Assembly (NCBI GenBank): GCA_002269645.1
Contig: NIVC01002811.1
Coordinates: forward strand, 124,001 to 188,000
DNA length: 64,000 nucleotides
DNA from: Macrostomum lignano
Taxonomy: Eukaryota
Direction of reading: 5' to 3'
Shown piece after piece: positions 63,814 through 64,000 of this stretch. Position numbers and translations under genes: made by a program. The notes under the pieces are model-generated. The model was not told where the DNA came from. It saw only the letters and a program-made list of their open reading frames with translations, and searched no databases. How positions within the stretch are numbered: the stretch's first letter is position 1; the number at the start of each line of letters is the position of its first letter.

Positions 63814-64000
63814 CTGCGAATGGGGGGGGGGGTAAGTGGGGTCATTGGTTTGGGAGTGTTGTCCACTTGTATGCATCAACATTCCCTACACGTTCTTTCA
63901 GCCCCAGTGGGATTAATAGAGAGAAACTGAGGAATCTCTTATGCCAACCTAGGCCCCTAGAATATAGGGCAGAGCAGTTCGCGCCACTCTGGCGCCACGA

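Overview
Eukaryotic (metazoan) genomic DNA: GC-rich exons, AT-rich intergenic DNA, and introns largely filled by private minisatellites. This architecture resembles the flatworm Macrostomum (inference, not proven). Five spliced protein-coding genes were reconstructed by hand with consistent splice phases: a K-Cl cotransporter (SLC12/KCC, 5' end not found in the window), MEK1/2, a KCNQ1-like channel, hydroxypyruvate isomerase (HYI), and the last exon of a DEG/ENaC channel. The 13-29 kb intergenic region is a transposon hub: hAT MITEs with 8-bp TSDs, a FLYWCH-MULE transposase relic, a 5'-truncated Penelope RT/GIY-YIG element, a hAT transposase relic and a tRNA-derived SINE. Most long six-frame ORFs are artefacts of about 26 tandem repeats. 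Best leads: (1) two copies of the 28S rRNA R2-target region with the cut site replaced, one inside a 279-bp TSD-flanked MITE; (2) a HYI gene with no start codon of its own, whose acceptor would take the AUG from a flatworm spliced leader; (3) a U12-type intron in KCC filled with minisatellite; (4) a 2.2-kb CpG desert; (5) a SINE head split by a satellite-bearing insert.
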